From Candidatus Zixiibacteriota bacterium (GTDB taxonomy: Bacteria > Zixibacteria > MSB-5A5 > UM-FILTER-46-8): DNA of 64,000 nt. Positions 29,306 through 39,909 of this stretch are shown here, in pieces; position 1 is the stretch's first letter, and every line of letters begins with the position of its first letter. Location: assembly GCA_014730345.1 (NCBI GenBank), contig WJIJ01000051.1, positions 3,592 to 67,591 on the forward strand, written 5' to 3'. Below the pieces are notes generated by a model. It saw only the letters and a program-made list of their open reading frames with translations. It was not told where the DNA came from and did no database searches. The position numbers and the translations under genes are program-made.

Positions 29306-29336
29306 TTTTTGACTGACTTCCGAGAAGGGAATAATT

Positions 29337-30410
29337 TTGCTCACAGAACAGAAAACTACAGCGGATTTATCGCTTGACGACCTGCTCCAGTTTACCGTCG
29401 ATAACGACGCCTCCGACCTTCATCTCGCCGAAGGCACCATTCCCATGATAAGGCTTCACGGCCGGTTAAAGAAACTCGATTTGCCCAATTTCAGCAGGGA
29501 AGAAGTACGAAGGGTGCTGATCGATGTTCTGGATAAACAGCAGAGAGAGCATTTTGAGAAATACGGCGAAATAGATTTCTCCTATGAGCTGAATGATAAA
29601 ACCCGTTTCAGGGTCAATATATATAAACAGATGCGCGGTTACTCGGGGGCGTTTCGTGTGATTCCCCATGAGATCCGTTCATTCGAAGAACTGCGCCTGC
29701 CGGAGATTCTAAAACCGTTATCGCTCAAAGAGAAGGGACTTGTTATCCTTACCGGCCCTACCGGTTCAGGTAAAACCACAACCCTGGCCACGATGACCGA
29801 CTGGATAAATGAACATAAGGAATGCCATGTCATTACTATCGAGGACCCGGTGGAATATTTCCATGAAAGCAGGAATTGCCTGATTAACCAGCGGGAACTC
29901 GGTAATTGCACGACATCCTTTGCCAACGCCCTGAGAGCCGCCCTGCGTGAAGACCCTGATGTGATTCTCGTGGGCGAAATGCGGGACCTGGAAACCATAT
30001 CGCTGGCGCTGACCGCCGCGGAAACCGGTCATCTCGTACTGTCAACATTGCATACATCTTCTGCGGCGAAAACTATCGACCGTATCATCGATATTTTCCC
30101 TTCGGAACAGAAGACCCAGGTGCGTTCGATGTTATCCGAGTCATTGGAAGCCGTTATAACACAAGCCCTGCTTCCCACCAAGGACGGCCGCTCGCGGGTA
30201 GTGGCTACTGAAACTATGATTGCCAATACCGCCGTGCGAAACCTTATACGTGAAGATAAAATTTACCAGATACCTTCGATAATCCAATCCTCGGCTAAAC
30301 TCGGTATGCAGACCATGGACCAATCGTTGATGAACCTGGTCTCCGAAGGTTTGATAGATAGAACCGTAGCGGCTCAGAGGGCCGATAATCCCAAGCTGTT
30401 TATGGAATAA
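29337..30410 (+). CDS. pilT: Type IV pilus retraction ATPase
   Basis: TTG start. Walker A (GPTGSGKTTTLA). Asp box. PilT signature AIRNLIREDK. Near-collinear with P. aeruginosa PilT over 357 aa. Confidence 0.93.
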   Translation: MLTEQKTTADLSLDDLLQFTVDNDASDLHLAEGTIPMIRLHGRLKKLDLPNFSREEVRRVLIDVLDKQQREHFEKYGEIDFSYELNDKTRFRVNIYKQMRGYSGAFRVIPHEIRSFEELRLPEILKPLSLKEKGLVILTGPTGSGKTTTLATMTDWINEHKECHVITIEDPVEYFHESRNCLINQRELGNCTTSFANALRAALREDPDVILVGEMRDLETISLALTAAETGHLVLSTLHTSSAAKTIDRIIDIFPSEQKTQVRSMLSESLEAVITQALLPTKDGRSRVVATETMIANTAVRNLIREDKIYQIPSIIQSSAKLGMQTMDQSLMNLVSEGLIDRTVAAQRADNPKLFME

Positions 30411-30411
30411 T

Positions 30412-30855
30412 ATGCATATTAAATCCCTATTATTATCCCGCAAAATGCGGTCGCAGGAAGGCGCTCTATTAATAGAACTGGTGATTGGCGCGGCGTTGAT
30501 GATAATAGGTTCATTGGTATTGTATACCATGTTCGTGCACGGACAGGAAATGATTGAAACCGAGGAACACCGGTTACTGGCTAAAACTTACCTTGTTTCG
30601 GTGATTGATTCTATTATAGTGGAATGTAAGGCGAACCCTTCCTTTGCCGAGGTCGGCAATCGTTCCCGGCGCATGGTTTTAGACCAGGAATCACAGGTTA
30701 TCGGCACCATGGTTTTCGATGTAAAGAAAAAGGCAAAACTCCAAGGGTCATTTGCTGGAGATTATGTTCTCGTCAATGCCCAAATGACCTGGGAAGAGCC
30801 TAATGGAAACCAGTTGCATGAAGGTTTTTCCGCGGAGTTTTTTACGGAAAAGTAA
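30412..30855 (+). CDS. Prepilin-type minor pilin/pseudopilin
   Basis: Class III signal (MRSQEG|ALLIELVIGAALMIIG, Glu at +5). The start is more likely the ATG at ~30445, giving a 6-aa leader. Confidence 0.6.
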   Translation: MHIKSLLLSRKMRSQEGALLIELVIGAALMIIGSLVLYTMFVHGQEMIETEEHRLLAKTYLVSVIDSIIVECKANPSFAEVGNRSRRMVLDQESQVIGTMVFDVKKKAKLQGSFAGDYVLVNAQMTWEEPNGNQLHEGFSAEFFTEK

Positions 30856-30859
30856 AAAA

Positions 30860-31444
30860 ATGATATTTTGGAAACACACTCAGGATATGCTGAACAGCTT
30901 CAACAAATTATCGAATGACCGGGGTTTAACCCTGATTGAAGTTATCGTTGGCACGGTAATTTCCTCAATATTATTATCCGGCTTATTTATGACCTATGTA
31001 AACGCCACTAATATATGGAAACAGGTGGAAAGTAAACGCACCATGTTGCAGGAAGCGCATTTTTTCCAGCAGGAATTGTCGGAAGCAATGATGGGTTCCC
31101 AGTCATTCATTATCCGGAATAACGGCGCCATAAGCAATTTATTGGACCTGGAACGCGCTAACGGAGATGAAACACGTTTTTATTCAGACGGACAGGAACT
31201 TTTCAAAGACGGTTACTTTATTATTTCCAACCCGCGGAAACAGGAGGAATATGACTGGGTGGATCTCAGACCCATTGCCCTTATGGGCTCATATTCGGTT
31301 GATATCTTTGGCATTCATGTAGTCTACCTGCGATTCGATAGGGAACTCAGCAACAGGTTATTGAAATACCAGCTTTTATTGGAAGATAAATACGAACAAC
31401 GGTATTTTTTAGAGGGGTATTTAACTTGCGGCGATGATGTTTAA
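30860..31444 (+). CDS. Prepilin-type minor pilin/pseudopilin
   Basis: Class III signal (NDRG|LTLIEVIVGTVISSILLSGLF). The listed ORF start at 30803 overlaps the upstream gene; the ATG at 30860 lies just after the upstream stop. Confidence 0.6.
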   Translation: MIFWKHTQDMLNSFNKLSNDRGLTLIEVIVGTVISSILLSGLFMTYVNATNIWKQVESKRTMLQEAHFFQQELSEAMMGSQSFIIRNNGAISNLLDLERANGDETRFYSDGQELFKDGYFIISNPRKQEEYDWVDLRPIALMGSYSVDIFGIHVVYLRFDRELSNRLLKYQLLLEDKYEQRYFLEGYLTCGDDV

Positions 31445-31472
31445 TTTAAATTTTATAATACAGGGATTAATT

Positions 31473-33059
31473 ATGAAAACAAGATTTGCGAAGACTGGAA
31501 AAATACGTAACCAGAATGGCGTTATCCTGGTAACCGCCGCGGTTTTGACCTTCGCGCTGGTTACTACCGGATTTGCCTTTATGATGTATGTGGCCGATAC
31601 CCACGAAGATACTAACCTGAGCATAAAAAGACAGCAGGCTATATACCAGGCCAGAAGTATAACCAACAGGATGCTTATCGGTCATTCCGGAGCGAGCACT
31701 AAAGATGAATTCGATGTGTTCACTAATGTGGATCAAGAGGTTGATATCGATGCCGGTGACCTTTATGATTTTCTTGAGGAAAACACGGGGCTGACAATTG
31801 CCCACGCTGTAGTAAAAAGCGCGGGAGTAGATGATGAGGATTGGGTACGGGCGGCACAGTTTTATTATGTTGTGGATACTTACAGCCCCTTTCACTATTA
31901 CGGCACTAAGGGACCGTTTGTACGCATGAAAATAGCGAACAGGCGCGTTACTATGGCCAACTACCTTTATATAAGCGATGTCGAGTTGGATCCAATTAAC
32001 AACTGGCCCATCAGTTTCTGGGGGAGGGATACGCTCGATGGATTGGTGCATTCAAATGGTTTAGTTTACACCCAGTATGACCCGGTTTTCTGGAAAACGG
32101 TTTCATCATGTTCTTCCTATGTTTCATCCCAGTATGGCCAACCCCGGTTTTATGGCGACCCTCCAACAAGGCTCGAAGCCGACCCCATCTACTTCCCTTA
32201 TACCGCGGTGAAATTGCGTGAAGCGGCGTGGCAAAAAGGAGTTGGCAACTGGAACCCGGAAAGGCTCGACCCGGGATATTTCATTAGAGGCGTACCACCC
32301 GATATCGTTACCTGTGTAAAAATATGCGGTAATAAAGTTGGAGTAAGATTTAAAAGAGTTACTAACCACCGGGAGCCGGTTTTTACAACAATAGCCGACA
32401 TAGATTCGTTCGGGTTCTGGTTAAACGCGGTCAACCAGGATGAAAGATACGGCGGTACCCCTGTATATGTAGAAGGAATGGTTGGTGCCGAAAGCCTCGC
32501 GGTGGTTTACTTGAGTTCTAACACGGACCCGGCTTATCCGATAGAGCATGAACACTATGGAGTAAACCAGAGGATAACCGTTGGTTGTAGCGGCAGTATA
32601 ATGGTAAACGGGGATATAGTGTATAACCGATTGGGACGGGTTACGGCGGTACCGGAGAGTTACGAACATGCCACAGGGATTATTGCCGACAGGTGGGTTT
32701 ATATCAAGGATAGTATACGCCTGGCTGAACATGGTCCGATTCAACATGACGTTTACATACACGCGGGCGTGGTTGCGCTGAATCCTTCATTTACGGTGCA
32801 TGGAATACATGACGCGAATCCTTATAACAGGCCTTCTGAAAAAGGTCAGATTCAGCTCTATGGATGCCTCGCCCACAAGAACAGGGCGGCCGTTCATAGA
32901 GGCGGTCCTCCGCCAACGGGCTACGCGGAGAAGGATTACCGTTACGACCACCGTTTCCAGTTCAGGCCTCCTCCGTATTTTATTGAGATAAGCAGCGAGT
33001 TGGTTGTTTTTGATATCCGCGAAATTTGGGATTGGAGTCTATTCGGCGATTTCGATTAA
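31473..33059 (+). CDS. Large hypothetical protein with an N-terminal hydrophobic anchor, encoded between the minor pilins and pilM. Candidate pilus-associated (PilX/PilY1-like) protein.
   Basis: N-terminus (MKTRFAKTGKIRNQNGVILVTAAVLTFALVTTGFAFMMYVAD) followed by ~490 aa with no recognisable motifs. An AGGGA SD lies before the ATG at 31473. Positionally analogous to PilY1/tip adhesins. Confidence 0.5.
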   Translation: MKTRFAKTGKIRNQNGVILVTAAVLTFALVTTGFAFMMYVADTHEDTNLSIKRQQAIYQARSITNRMLIGHSGASTKDEFDVFTNVDQEVDIDAGDLYDFLEENTGLTIAHAVVKSAGVDDEDWVRAAQFYYVVDTYSPFHYYGTKGPFVRMKIANRRVTMANYLYISDVELDPINNWPISFWGRDTLDGLVHSNGLVYTQYDPVFWKTVSSCSSYVSSQYGQPRFYGDPPTRLEADPIYFPYTAVKLREAAWQKGVGNWNPERLDPGYFIRGVPPDIVTCVKICGNKVGVRFKRVTNHREPVFTTIADIDSFGFWLNAVNQDERYGGTPVYVEGMVGAESLAVVYLSSNTDPAYPIEHEHYGVNQRITVGCSGSIMVNGDIVYNRLGRVTAVPESYEHATGIIADRWVYIKDSIRLAEHGPIQHDVYIHAGVVALNPSFTVHGIHDANPYNRPSEKGQIQLYGCLAHKNRAAVHRGGPPPTGYAEKDYRYDHRFQFRPPPYFIEISSELVVFDIREIWDWSLFGDFD

Positions 33060-33077
33060 GAAAGGTTAATACTATAA

Positions 33078-34127
33078 ATGGCTAAAACGACATTCGGATT
33101 GGATATAGGTACCCACAGCGTGAAGCTGGTACAGATGCAGTTGGGTGGTGAATACCCGAGGCTGGTTAATTATACTATCCAGGGAGTCTACGCCCCGGAT
33201 ATGGATTACGATGTGGAAGGACCGCCCAAGCGGTTGCTTCTCAATGCCGTCCGGGACGCCTTTAAGGAAATTAAAGTTAATCCGAAGCGAGCGAAATACG
33301 TTAATTCCTCCATGGGCGGCAGGCTGACTTCGGCAAAGCAAATTAAATCTATACCGCTGTCGCCGGAGGAGATGGAATCCTCGTTGATTTTTGAAGCCCG
33401 CAAGCATCTTCCGCTTGATGATTCCGAACCTATAATAGATTACCAGATACTGGATGGCGATATGGACTCCCAGCAGATGGATATAATGCTTGTAGCCACC
33501 ACCCGGAAAGCATTCCAGGGAAGAATTGATCTTCTCCGGGATGTCGGGATAAAACCTAATGTTATCGATTCGGATATACTCGCGCTGGTTAATTGTTACC
33601 TGCTTACTCACGGTTCAATAGGAGAATCGCCTTTGATTTTCCTGGATGTCGGGGCGAGGATGACAAACCTGATAGTGTACGGGGAAGGCGCTATGTTCTT
33701 CGCGAGGGAAATTCCCTGGGCCGGGTTTAACTTCACCGATGACATCCGCGATGCCCATGATCTTGATTATCCCGCGGCGGAATCGTATAAAATAGAAAAT
33801 GGCATCTTCGGCAACTCGGATTCCGGCGAGGATATGGCCGGGGGCATCAGGATGCAGAAAAAACGGGCTCAAGATAACCTTGCCGATGAAATCCATCGTT
33901 CTCTACGGTATTATATAAAGGAAACATCGATACGCGAATTCGAAAAAATCCTTCTATCCGGGGGCTCCTCGCGTATCAATGGCCTGGCGGGATTTATTGG
34001 CGAGAAGATAAACATTCCGGTAGAATTGTTCAATCCTACCGAATACTTCGAACTGCCCCAGGTATTTAATCCCCAGCATGCTCCGCAGATCGCCACGGCA
34101 TGCGGACTGGCATTAAGGGAGGAATAG
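33078..34127 (+). CDS. pilM: Type IV pilus assembly protein PilM (actin-like ATPase fold)
   Basis: N-terminus (FGLDIGTHSVKLVQM). Length 349 aa. Followed by the pilNOPQ genes. Confidence 0.9.
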   Translation: MAKTTFGLDIGTHSVKLVQMQLGGEYPRLVNYTIQGVYAPDMDYDVEGPPKRLLLNAVRDAFKEIKVNPKRAKYVNSSMGGRLTSAKQIKSIPLSPEEMESSLIFEARKHLPLDDSEPIIDYQILDGDMDSQQMDIMLVATTRKAFQGRIDLLRDVGIKPNVIDSDILALVNCYLLTHGSIGESPLIFLDVGARMTNLIVYGEGAMFFAREIPWAGFNFTDDIRDAHDLDYPAAESYKIENGIFGNSDSGEDMAGGIRMQKKRAQDNLADEIHRSLRYYIKETSIREFEKILLSGGSSRINGLAGFIGEKINIPVELFNPTEYFELPQVFNPQHAPQIATACGLALREE

Positions 34128-34696
34128 AAGTGGTAAAGCATTTCAGGATAAACCTTAACAAAGCGGCTAACAGGCTTGATATTTATGAACAGAATAAAAG
34201 GCGTAAATCCGCCATGATGGTTGCCTTTTATGTGATTGTTGTATTCCTCTTAATTGGTATTTCCGGTTATTTTACCTATACCACCCAAAAAGAAATAGAC
34301 CAGAAAAAAGAGATTTTGGCTGGTATTGAAAAGCAGATAGAGGAACTTGAAGCATCGGATACTTACATATCGCGGGATGATGTTTACGGCCTTATTGATC
34401 TCGTTGATATGCGTGTGGATTGGGCGAAGCGTTTGTTGTTACTCGCCAGGAGCCTTCCGAAGGATATCGCCATTACTGAATTGAATTACAGGTCTAATTA
34501 TTTGACTATAAAGGGTATATCCAAGGTTAAAACCCGTCAGAAGGACCTGGACAGGGTAATGGAAATTATAAGGGATATACAATCACGGGAGGAAACCCAG
34601 AACATGTTCGCCGGTTTAAAGTTCCGCTCCTCAAACAGGATTTCTTATAACGATCAGGAAGTATTGGATTTTGAAATTGGTTGTCCGGTTAATTGA
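34100..34696 (+). CDS. pilN: PilN-like bitopic inner-membrane protein
   Basis: Short cytoplasmic N-terminus with an INL motif (HFRINLNK), a single TM (MMVAFYVIVVFLLIGISGYF) and a periplasmic coiled coil. Confidence 0.65.
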   Translation: MRTGIKGGIEVVKHFRINLNKAANRLDIYEQNKRRKSAMMVAFYVIVVFLLIGISGYFTYTTQKEIDQKKEILAGIEKQIEELEASDTYISRDDVYGLIDLVDMRVDWAKRLLLLARSLPKDIAITELNYRSNYLTIKGISKVKTRQKDLDRVMEIIRDIQSREETQNMFAGLKFRSSNRISYNDQEVLDFEIGCPVN

Positions 34697-34712
34697 ATTT
34701 ATCGAGGCTTAA

Positions 34713-35288
34713 ATGAGACGTGATTTACTGATAGTATTGTTGTTCGTGGTATTGCTGGGAGGTTTATGGCTTTATTATTCGCAGGTAATAGCCAAACAGC
34801 CAGAGCTTATCAGCTATTACGACCGGAAAATTGAGGAAAGCAACCAGCGCCTCCTCAGCGCGCAGATACTTTCCAAGAACCTCAGGGGTGTATCCAGCCT
34901 GATAAAAGAAAATATAGCTGAAAGCACCGCTGACTCCCTTGCCCAGGGCGCTTCCCTGGAATTCCTCGAATTCATTAATGATACCGTGGATAAGCTGGGA
35001 ATTAAGTTGGTGAGTTTGAAGCCCATGGAACCGATTAATGAAAATCTTGGGTATATAAGGATTCCTTATAACATAGAGATATTAGCATCATACAATGAGC
35101 TCGGTAAATTCCTTACCCGGCTGGAAAAATCGCCTCGTATAGTGAATATTATTTCGATGAACCTTAATAACAGTCTTGGCGGTGGAATAAGTTCGAGATT
35201 AGAGGCTAAGCCCGATCAACATCATGTACAATTATCAATGGAGTTACTGACACTCCTGCGGAAGGGGACTATAGTTGAGTCAAAGTAA
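34713..35288 (+). CDS. pilO: PilO-like bitopic inner-membrane protein
   Basis: N-terminal TM (LLIVLLFVVLLGGLWLYY), a coiled coil and a C-terminal alpha/beta region. Sits at the position typical of pilO. Confidence 0.6.
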   Translation: MRRDLLIVLLFVVLLGGLWLYYSQVIAKQPELISYYDRKIEESNQRLLSAQILSKNLRGVSSLIKENIAESTADSLAQGASLEFLEFINDTVDKLGIKLVSLKPMEPINENLGYIRIPYNIEILASYNELGKFLTRLEKSPRIVNIISMNLNNSLGGGISSRLEAKPDQHHVQLSMELLTLLRKGTIVESK

Positions 35289-35865
35289 TTCATATAAAAA
35301 CCTCATATTACTGCTGGGAACGGTTACCTTGATTTTTGCCGGATTTCTGGCGGTGAGAGCGTTCCTGATTAATTATGATGATACGAACAATTCGGGCGCT
35401 GCCCGTCTTAATGCTGGTATCGATTCGACGATTATCAACACCATAGATGAACTGGAAAAACGCTTTGAGGAAAAACAGGATCTGGTCTTCTATGTGAAGG
35501 CCGACCCGCTCAGGTTGTCGAGAGTTATCCGTGATACAACTCTACCCGAATTCGCGGATAAGTTCAGGGAACGGGAAGAGGAACATCTCATCAGGTTATC
35601 GGCGACTATTATTACATACGATGATGAACCAAAGGCAGTTATAAAATTTAGAGATAAAAGCCATATCGTAAAAGTAGGCGACACGTTGGGAGACAGGTAT
35701 AAGATACTGGAGATAGAACGCAAGAGGGTGAGGCTGTCTGACGGGAATCGCGAGTTTGAGCTGGTTACGGCTCCCGCGAATACATCCGGGGAACCCCCCC
35801 CGTCAACCGATGGTGAGAGATATTCCGCCAGCGAACCTGAAATAACCCCCCCGGCGGAATATTAG
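35275..35865 (+). CDS. pilP: PilP-like protein
   Basis: N-terminal TM/signal anchor, a beta-rich core, and a Pro-rich C-terminus. Located between the pilO-like gene and the secretin gene. Confidence 0.5.
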   Translation: MSQSNSYKNLILLLGTVTLIFAGFLAVRAFLINYDDTNNSGAARLNAGIDSTIINTIDELEKRFEEKQDLVFYVKADPLRLSRVIRDTTLPEFADKFREREEEHLIRLSATIITYDDEPKAVIKFRDKSHIVKVGDTLGDRYKILEIERKRVRLSDGNREFELVTAPANTSGEPPPSTDGERYSASEPEITPPAEY

Positions 35866-35906
35866 GATTTGCGAAAACGTTTAATAATTGAAATAAGGAG
35901 TTAAGC

Positions 35907-37448
35907 TTGCTGCGACTGTGCGGAAACTTTAGAAAAGCCATTATTGCGCTTTGCTTAATAGCAATTCCGGGCGTACTGTTGTCGACCCCGAATATTCTCA
36001 GTGCCCAGGAACTTCCATTTAATAATGAACCACAGGATAGTGTTAATATCCAAAGATTACAAGCCTTGGTATCGGTAGACGCTGATGATGCTTTTCTGCC
36101 AAGTATTCTCTCGATACTGGCCGATAAAAGCGGATTTAATATCGTAACCGGCCCCGGAGTGAATAAAAAGCAGAGGATATCAGTACATCTCAAGGAAACC
36201 CCAATCGAGGAAGCTATTAATCTCGTTGTAAGAGCCGCGGGGCTTTCCTATGAAATTATCGGCCGGTCATTTCTCGTTGCCGAATCGGAAGCCCTCGAAA
36301 AGGAAATTGGTTTATCGGCTTATGTGTATAACTTGCAGTATGCCAACGCGGCCGAAACTAAAGAACTACTGACCGATATAAGCGAAAACGTCCAAATCGA
36401 CGCCGCGGGCAATCGATTGCTGGTTCTCGCTTCCCCAAAGGTCAACAGCGAGATAAAAGATATTATTGCCCAGATAGACCGGCCCGCCCAACAGATACTT
36501 ATTGAAGCGCGCCTTGTTGAAGTTGCCACTTCCGACCTTATGGAATTAGGTATTGACTGGGAGAGCCTTTCCCGTACTGAAACGGTAATAGCTGAAAACG
36601 CCACCAACTATGATGGAACCGGCAGACCGCCCGGTCATATCTGGCCTTATGTCGATAGGCTCGGGCAAAATGAAGAACTTGGCCCCGATGATCCCGCGGA
36701 GGTTTTTGAAGCGTTCGATGACGATGACAAATTCTTCCATTTCAGCAGAAGGCTATTGGCGTTTGACCTTGCCCTTGACCTTCTTATCAAAAATGACAAC
36801 GCGCGGGTGCTGGCAAACTCCAAGATTACGACTTTGAATAATAGGGAAGCGCAAATCCTTATCGGAGAGGTCATACCCTTCTCCCCGCCGAATACAGTGG
36901 TCTCCGGGGGACTGTCTCTTGGACAGCAGATTGTTGAGAGAGATTCTATCGGCGTTAAGTTGGGAATAACTCCAACTGTCAATTCCGATGGATATATAAC
37001 GGTCCGGGTTAATCCCGAAGTCAGTTCGATTATAGAGCTTGTACAGGGCTACCTTCCCAGGAAGAAAATCCGTACCGCGAGTACCACTGTTATGGTCAAA
37101 GATAATCAGAAGATATTTATCGGCGGCTTACTCTCGGTTGACAATTCGGATATTATTCATAAATTCCCGATTCTCGGTGACATTCCCATACTTGGAAATC
37201 TTTTTAAACATAAAAGTTCCACAGCGAGGAAAACGGATTTATTGATAGAAATAACCCCGAGGATAATTTCTCCCACAAAACTGGCAGAAGATGAAGGTTA
37301 CCTTGGGAAAATAAAGGTCTTTGATGAAGGCCAGATGATGGACCTGGAATCGATTAATCCGGGGATACGCGCTGAAAACGACCCGGAGTATTCATACGCG
37401 AAGTTATTGGAATTGCAGGAAAAATTTACGACCCCTAAAGAAAAATAA
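35907..37448 (+). CDS. pilQ: Type IV pilus secretin
   Basis: Signal peptide. Secretin C-domain motifs (VMVKDNQKIFIGGLLS; IPILGDIPILGNLFKHK). Length 513 aa. Confidence 0.88.
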   Translation: MLRLCGNFRKAIIALCLIAIPGVLLSTPNILSAQELPFNNEPQDSVNIQRLQALVSVDADDAFLPSILSILADKSGFNIVTGPGVNKKQRISVHLKETPIEEAINLVVRAAGLSYEIIGRSFLVAESEALEKEIGLSAYVYNLQYANAAETKELLTDISENVQIDAAGNRLLVLASPKVNSEIKDIIAQIDRPAQQILIEARLVEVATSDLMELGIDWESLSRTETVIAENATNYDGTGRPPGHIWPYVDRLGQNEELGPDDPAEVFEAFDDDDKFFHFSRRLLAFDLALDLLIKNDNARVLANSKITTLNNREAQILIGEVIPFSPPNTVVSGGLSLGQQIVERDSIGVKLGITPTVNSDGYITVRVNPEVSSIIELVQGYLPRKKIRTASTTVMVKDNQKIFIGGLLSVDNSDIIHKFPILGDIPILGNLFKHKSSTARKTDLLIEITPRIISPTKLAEDEGYLGKIKVFDEGQMMDLESINPGIRAENDPEYSYAKLLELQEKFTTPKEK

Positions 37449-37470
37449 TACCTATTCAGGAGGTTTTCAA

Positions 37471-39873
37471 ATGTTAACTAAAAGAACAAAAAGTTTCTAT
37501 GTAACGGGGGTTTTGTTGTTATTATGCCTGAGTTTTATATTTTACACCGCCTGTGATAATAGAAACCCATCAGACGCTGAAATTTCGGAATTGGTTGCGT
37601 TTCTTTCTCTTGATGCCAAACCGGAAGTAATCGCCGCCGATGATGGAGCGACCAAATGTACTTTGACTGTAACAGTTATTGATGAATTTTCCAATGCGGT
37701 GGAAGGCGCCACGGTCCGTCTCAGGGTCGCCAATAATATCGGGAGCATTAGCCCGATTGGCGATTCCTTGACCAATAATGAAGGAAGATACCTGGCGATC
37801 TTTTCGGATATAGGAACAGCCGGAACGGCAAATATTATCGCGACCTCAAGCGGTACTGCCGACTCCCAAACCGTCCAGATCAAAGAAGTTAATAATTCTC
37901 TTGCCCTCGGCTTTACAGATGATTCGACCCTGTTCGCCACCCGCAACGACTCATTGAAAATCGGGGCTACATTAATAGGTACTCTCGGATCAGCATTAAA
38001 AGATAAGGAAATCAATTTCACTACAACAAAGGGTACCATTACCGCTATTGATTCTACCGATGCTTCCGGGCAGGCTGTTGCTTACCTTTACGGTTCTTTC
38101 GGTAATACCGGAACCGCTGTTGTAACCGCGGAATACTCGCGTCCCGGTTTTAAAGAATATGCCGTTGATACAATTAACGTTAGCATGCTTCCTATTCAAG
38201 ATGTTGATAATATCGCTATGAGTATCTTCGGAGATGATTTGCAGACTGGCGATGGAGATGACAGCTTGAGGGTAAGGGCTTCAGTTACTGACAGCACCGG
38301 GCTTCCGGTTGTAGATGGTACCCGGATCCTGTTCAGCGTAAGAGACGGTTCTAACCCTTACCAGGGCGAAATAAGTCCGGTTGATTCGGGAATGACCGCG
38401 AATGGCATCGCCGAAGCCTATTTAAAGAACACTACTTCTACATCTGACAGTATTATTGTCAGGGCATATCATGTTACCGCTGAAGGAGAGGTCTTCGATG
38501 AGGATACAGTCAGTATTCTTCCCGGTGAACCGGCATTAATTACCCTTACCGCTGATCCTGATTCGCTTACCGTTGGTTCCGGGCATACCGCTATACTGCA
38601 GGCGACTGTTAAAGATGCTTACGACAACCTTGTACGCAGTGGTTACCAGATCGAGTTTGACAATTCCTTGACATCCAGCAGTGTCGTTGGATTAAGCAAT
38701 ACGGTAAATGGAATTGCCACTTCATTGTATACCGTTGGCGAAACCGCCGGAGTCGATACCATAACCGCTTCATATGTAATTGACCCCGAAAACACCATAA
38801 CCGGTACTGCCAATACCTGGTGTTTGTCCTCCAGCGGCAACCAGATTTCCCTTCTGGCTCAACCGCCGACAGTAACCGTACGCGGAGCGGGCGGCGTTGA
38901 GTCATCGGTGATTTCGGCATCGGTGAAGGACAACAACCAGAATCCCGCCGCTGATTCAACAAGGGTAGTATTTAAGATTATCGCGGCTCCCCAATCCGAT
39001 TCTATCAACGGCAGGGCATACCTGGATACTCTCGCCAAGTTCGAGGACACCAGTTACACTGCCAATGGCGAGGCGAGAACCACGCTGGTTTCCGGTGACC
39101 GCCCGGGTACTATTTCGATCAGGGCCGCCCTCGAGTCCGGCGTTTCCACGGCACAGCCGCTGGTAACCGTACAATCGGGACCACCTGCTCATATTAACGT
39201 TGGTTTAGGAGCCACCGAACTTACCAACGCCATCTATGAATGGGAATTATCAGCTACGGTTACCGATTTATACTCAAACCCGGTCATACAGAGGACAACT
39301 GTTTACTTTTCGGCCAGGCCTGAAACCGTGCTAAATGTTGGCGGCGACAGCATCTATACCGGCAACCAGTCTAAAAGTGGAAATTCCTATCCCGGAGTTG
39401 CTTTCACCACGGCAACTTACACATGCCAGGCATTAAACGACACTGTTTCCATATTCGCCAGGATCGAAACCGAGAACGGCGATTCGATATACGGTGTTCT
39501 TGACAGCGTGGTTATACCTCTGGATCCGGAAAAAACCAGGATTTATCTAAGCGCTTCCGAGCAAAATCTTGTTTTACAGAATACCAGCGATGTGGATTCT
39601 TCAGATATCACCGCGCAGTTGCTTGATGATAACAATTGCCCCATCGCCAATGGCATAATCGACTTTGCCGCAGAGAACGCCGGACATATCGGCCCCCCTC
39701 AATCGGATACTACCGATGATCAGGGCTTCGCCTACGCGGTATTCTGGATTCGCGGTGAAGAGATAATATCACCGGTGCTTCCCAACGAAGTAACGGCGAC
39801 CGTTGTAGCCCGATTAAGAAGCTATCCCGAGGTTGAGGCAACGCTCGATATACATTGTTTGCGCGTCAATTAG
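37471..39873 (+). CDS. Large lipoprotein with tandem bacterial Ig-like (Big/invasin-like) domains
   Basis: Lipobox (FIFYTACDNRN). About 7 repeats of ~90 aa with the pattern TxTVTVxDxxGNPVxGxxVxF. Embedded between pilQ and pilB. Confidence 0.6.
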   Translation: MLTKRTKSFYVTGVLLLLCLSFIFYTACDNRNPSDAEISELVAFLSLDAKPEVIAADDGATKCTLTVTVIDEFSNAVEGATVRLRVANNIGSISPIGDSLTNNEGRYLAIFSDIGTAGTANIIATSSGTADSQTVQIKEVNNSLALGFTDDSTLFATRNDSLKIGATLIGTLGSALKDKEINFTTTKGTITAIDSTDASGQAVAYLYGSFGNTGTAVVTAEYSRPGFKEYAVDTINVSMLPIQDVDNIAMSIFGDDLQTGDGDDSLRVRASVTDSTGLPVVDGTRILFSVRDGSNPYQGEISPVDSGMTANGIAEAYLKNTTSTSDSIIVRAYHVTAEGEVFDEDTVSILPGEPALITLTADPDSLTVGSGHTAILQATVKDAYDNLVRSGYQIEFDNSLTSSSVVGLSNTVNGIATSLYTVGETAGVDTITASYVIDPENTITGTANTWCLSSSGNQISLLAQPPTVTVRGAGGVESSVISASVKDNNQNPAADSTRVVFKIIAAPQSDSINGRAYLDTLAKFEDTSYTANGEARTTLVSGDRPGTISIRAALESGVSTAQPLVTVQSGPPAHINVGLGATELTNAIYEWELSATVTDLYSNPVIQRTTVYFSARPETVLNVGGDSIYTGNQSKSGNSYPGVAFTTATYTCQALNDTVSIFARIETENGDSIYGVLDSVVIPLDPEKTRIYLSASEQNLVLQNTSDVDSSDITAQLLDDNNCPIANGIIDFAAENAGHIGPPQSDTTDDQGFAYAVFWIRGEEIISPVLPNEVTATVVARLRSYPEVEATLDIHCLRVN

Positions 39874-39909
39874 TTTTAGACCGACTAAGAATAGGAGAAA
39901 ATTGACAAT

